A DNA stretch of 64,000 bases from the human T2T-CHM13v2.0 reference genome, Homo sapiens: assembly GCF_009914755.1 (NCBI RefSeq), contig NC_060925.1; one strand, written 5' to 3'. Position 1 is the first letter of the stretch. Each line of letters opens with the position of its first letter. Under the pieces are notes generated by a model that was not told where the DNA came from, did not search any database, and saw nothing but the letters and a program-made list of their open reading frames with translations. A program made the translations under genes and the position numbers. This document shows positions 63,640 to 64,000 of the stretch, piece after piece.

Positions 63640-64000
63640 TACAAAATATCCCATCTCCCCAAACCGTTACCCCATCTCATACTTTGTTCACTTCTAAAAT
63701 TCCTGGAAAGGTGAAATGTTCCCATAACTGTCTTCAACTCATCACTACCACTCCATGAGATCTGGTCTAATCTTTGCCATTATAGAAAATCTCACTTAGT
63801 TACTAATAACTTCCTTGTTGCTAAATGTAGTGAAGTTTCCTCTATATGTATCATTCAAAGTTCTTGGTAGTTTTGCATTCTATTGATCAGCTCCTTCATT
63901 TTCCTATTTTTCTTTTAAGCGTTCCTTACTATGGCTTCCGTGACAATGCAGCTTTCTTCCCAGTACCGTGGCCATTCTCTCTCCAATATCTTTGTTAGCT
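63640..64000 (+). mobile_element. L2 fragment
   Basis: cttccttgttgctaaatgtagtg...tggcttccgtgacaat...tggccattctctctcc. Confidence 0.6.

Overview
Primate (human-like) non-coding genomic DNA: AT-rich, CpG-poor and dense in interspersed repeats. I found no recognisable protein-coding exon, RNA gene, CpG island or CRISPR array. Nearly all listed ORFs are translations of Alu, L1, L2, THE1 or microsatellite sequence. Main elements: 14 Alu-family copies or fragments (11 on the minus strand), a ~3.9 kb 5'-truncated L1PB-type element (37.4-41.3 kb), a decayed ERV-L pro-pol block (32.4-34.5 kb), and an ancient L1M broken by THE1, L1PA, AluY, AluJ and a two-LTR ERV1 provirus (46967-53733, tRNA-Ser-like PBS, CATT TSD). 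There is also a full-length THE1 (55663-57925), several MaLR solo LTRs, hAT/Tigger MITEs and many MIR/L2/L3 fossils. The antisense bias of L1/Alu suggests an intron of a + strand transcript (inference). I see no evidence of a new multi-gene system. The notable items are small-scale: a perfect 183-bp tandem duplication, a tail-to-tail L2 hairpin with miR-95-like architecture, a 21-nt TSD-flanked micro-retrocopy of unknown origin, several fold-back/templated-insertion scars, DUX4- and PRDM9-type motifs in THE1 LTRs, and an open Env C-terminal frame. Repeat subfamily names are from recall, and boundaries of old repeats are approximate.
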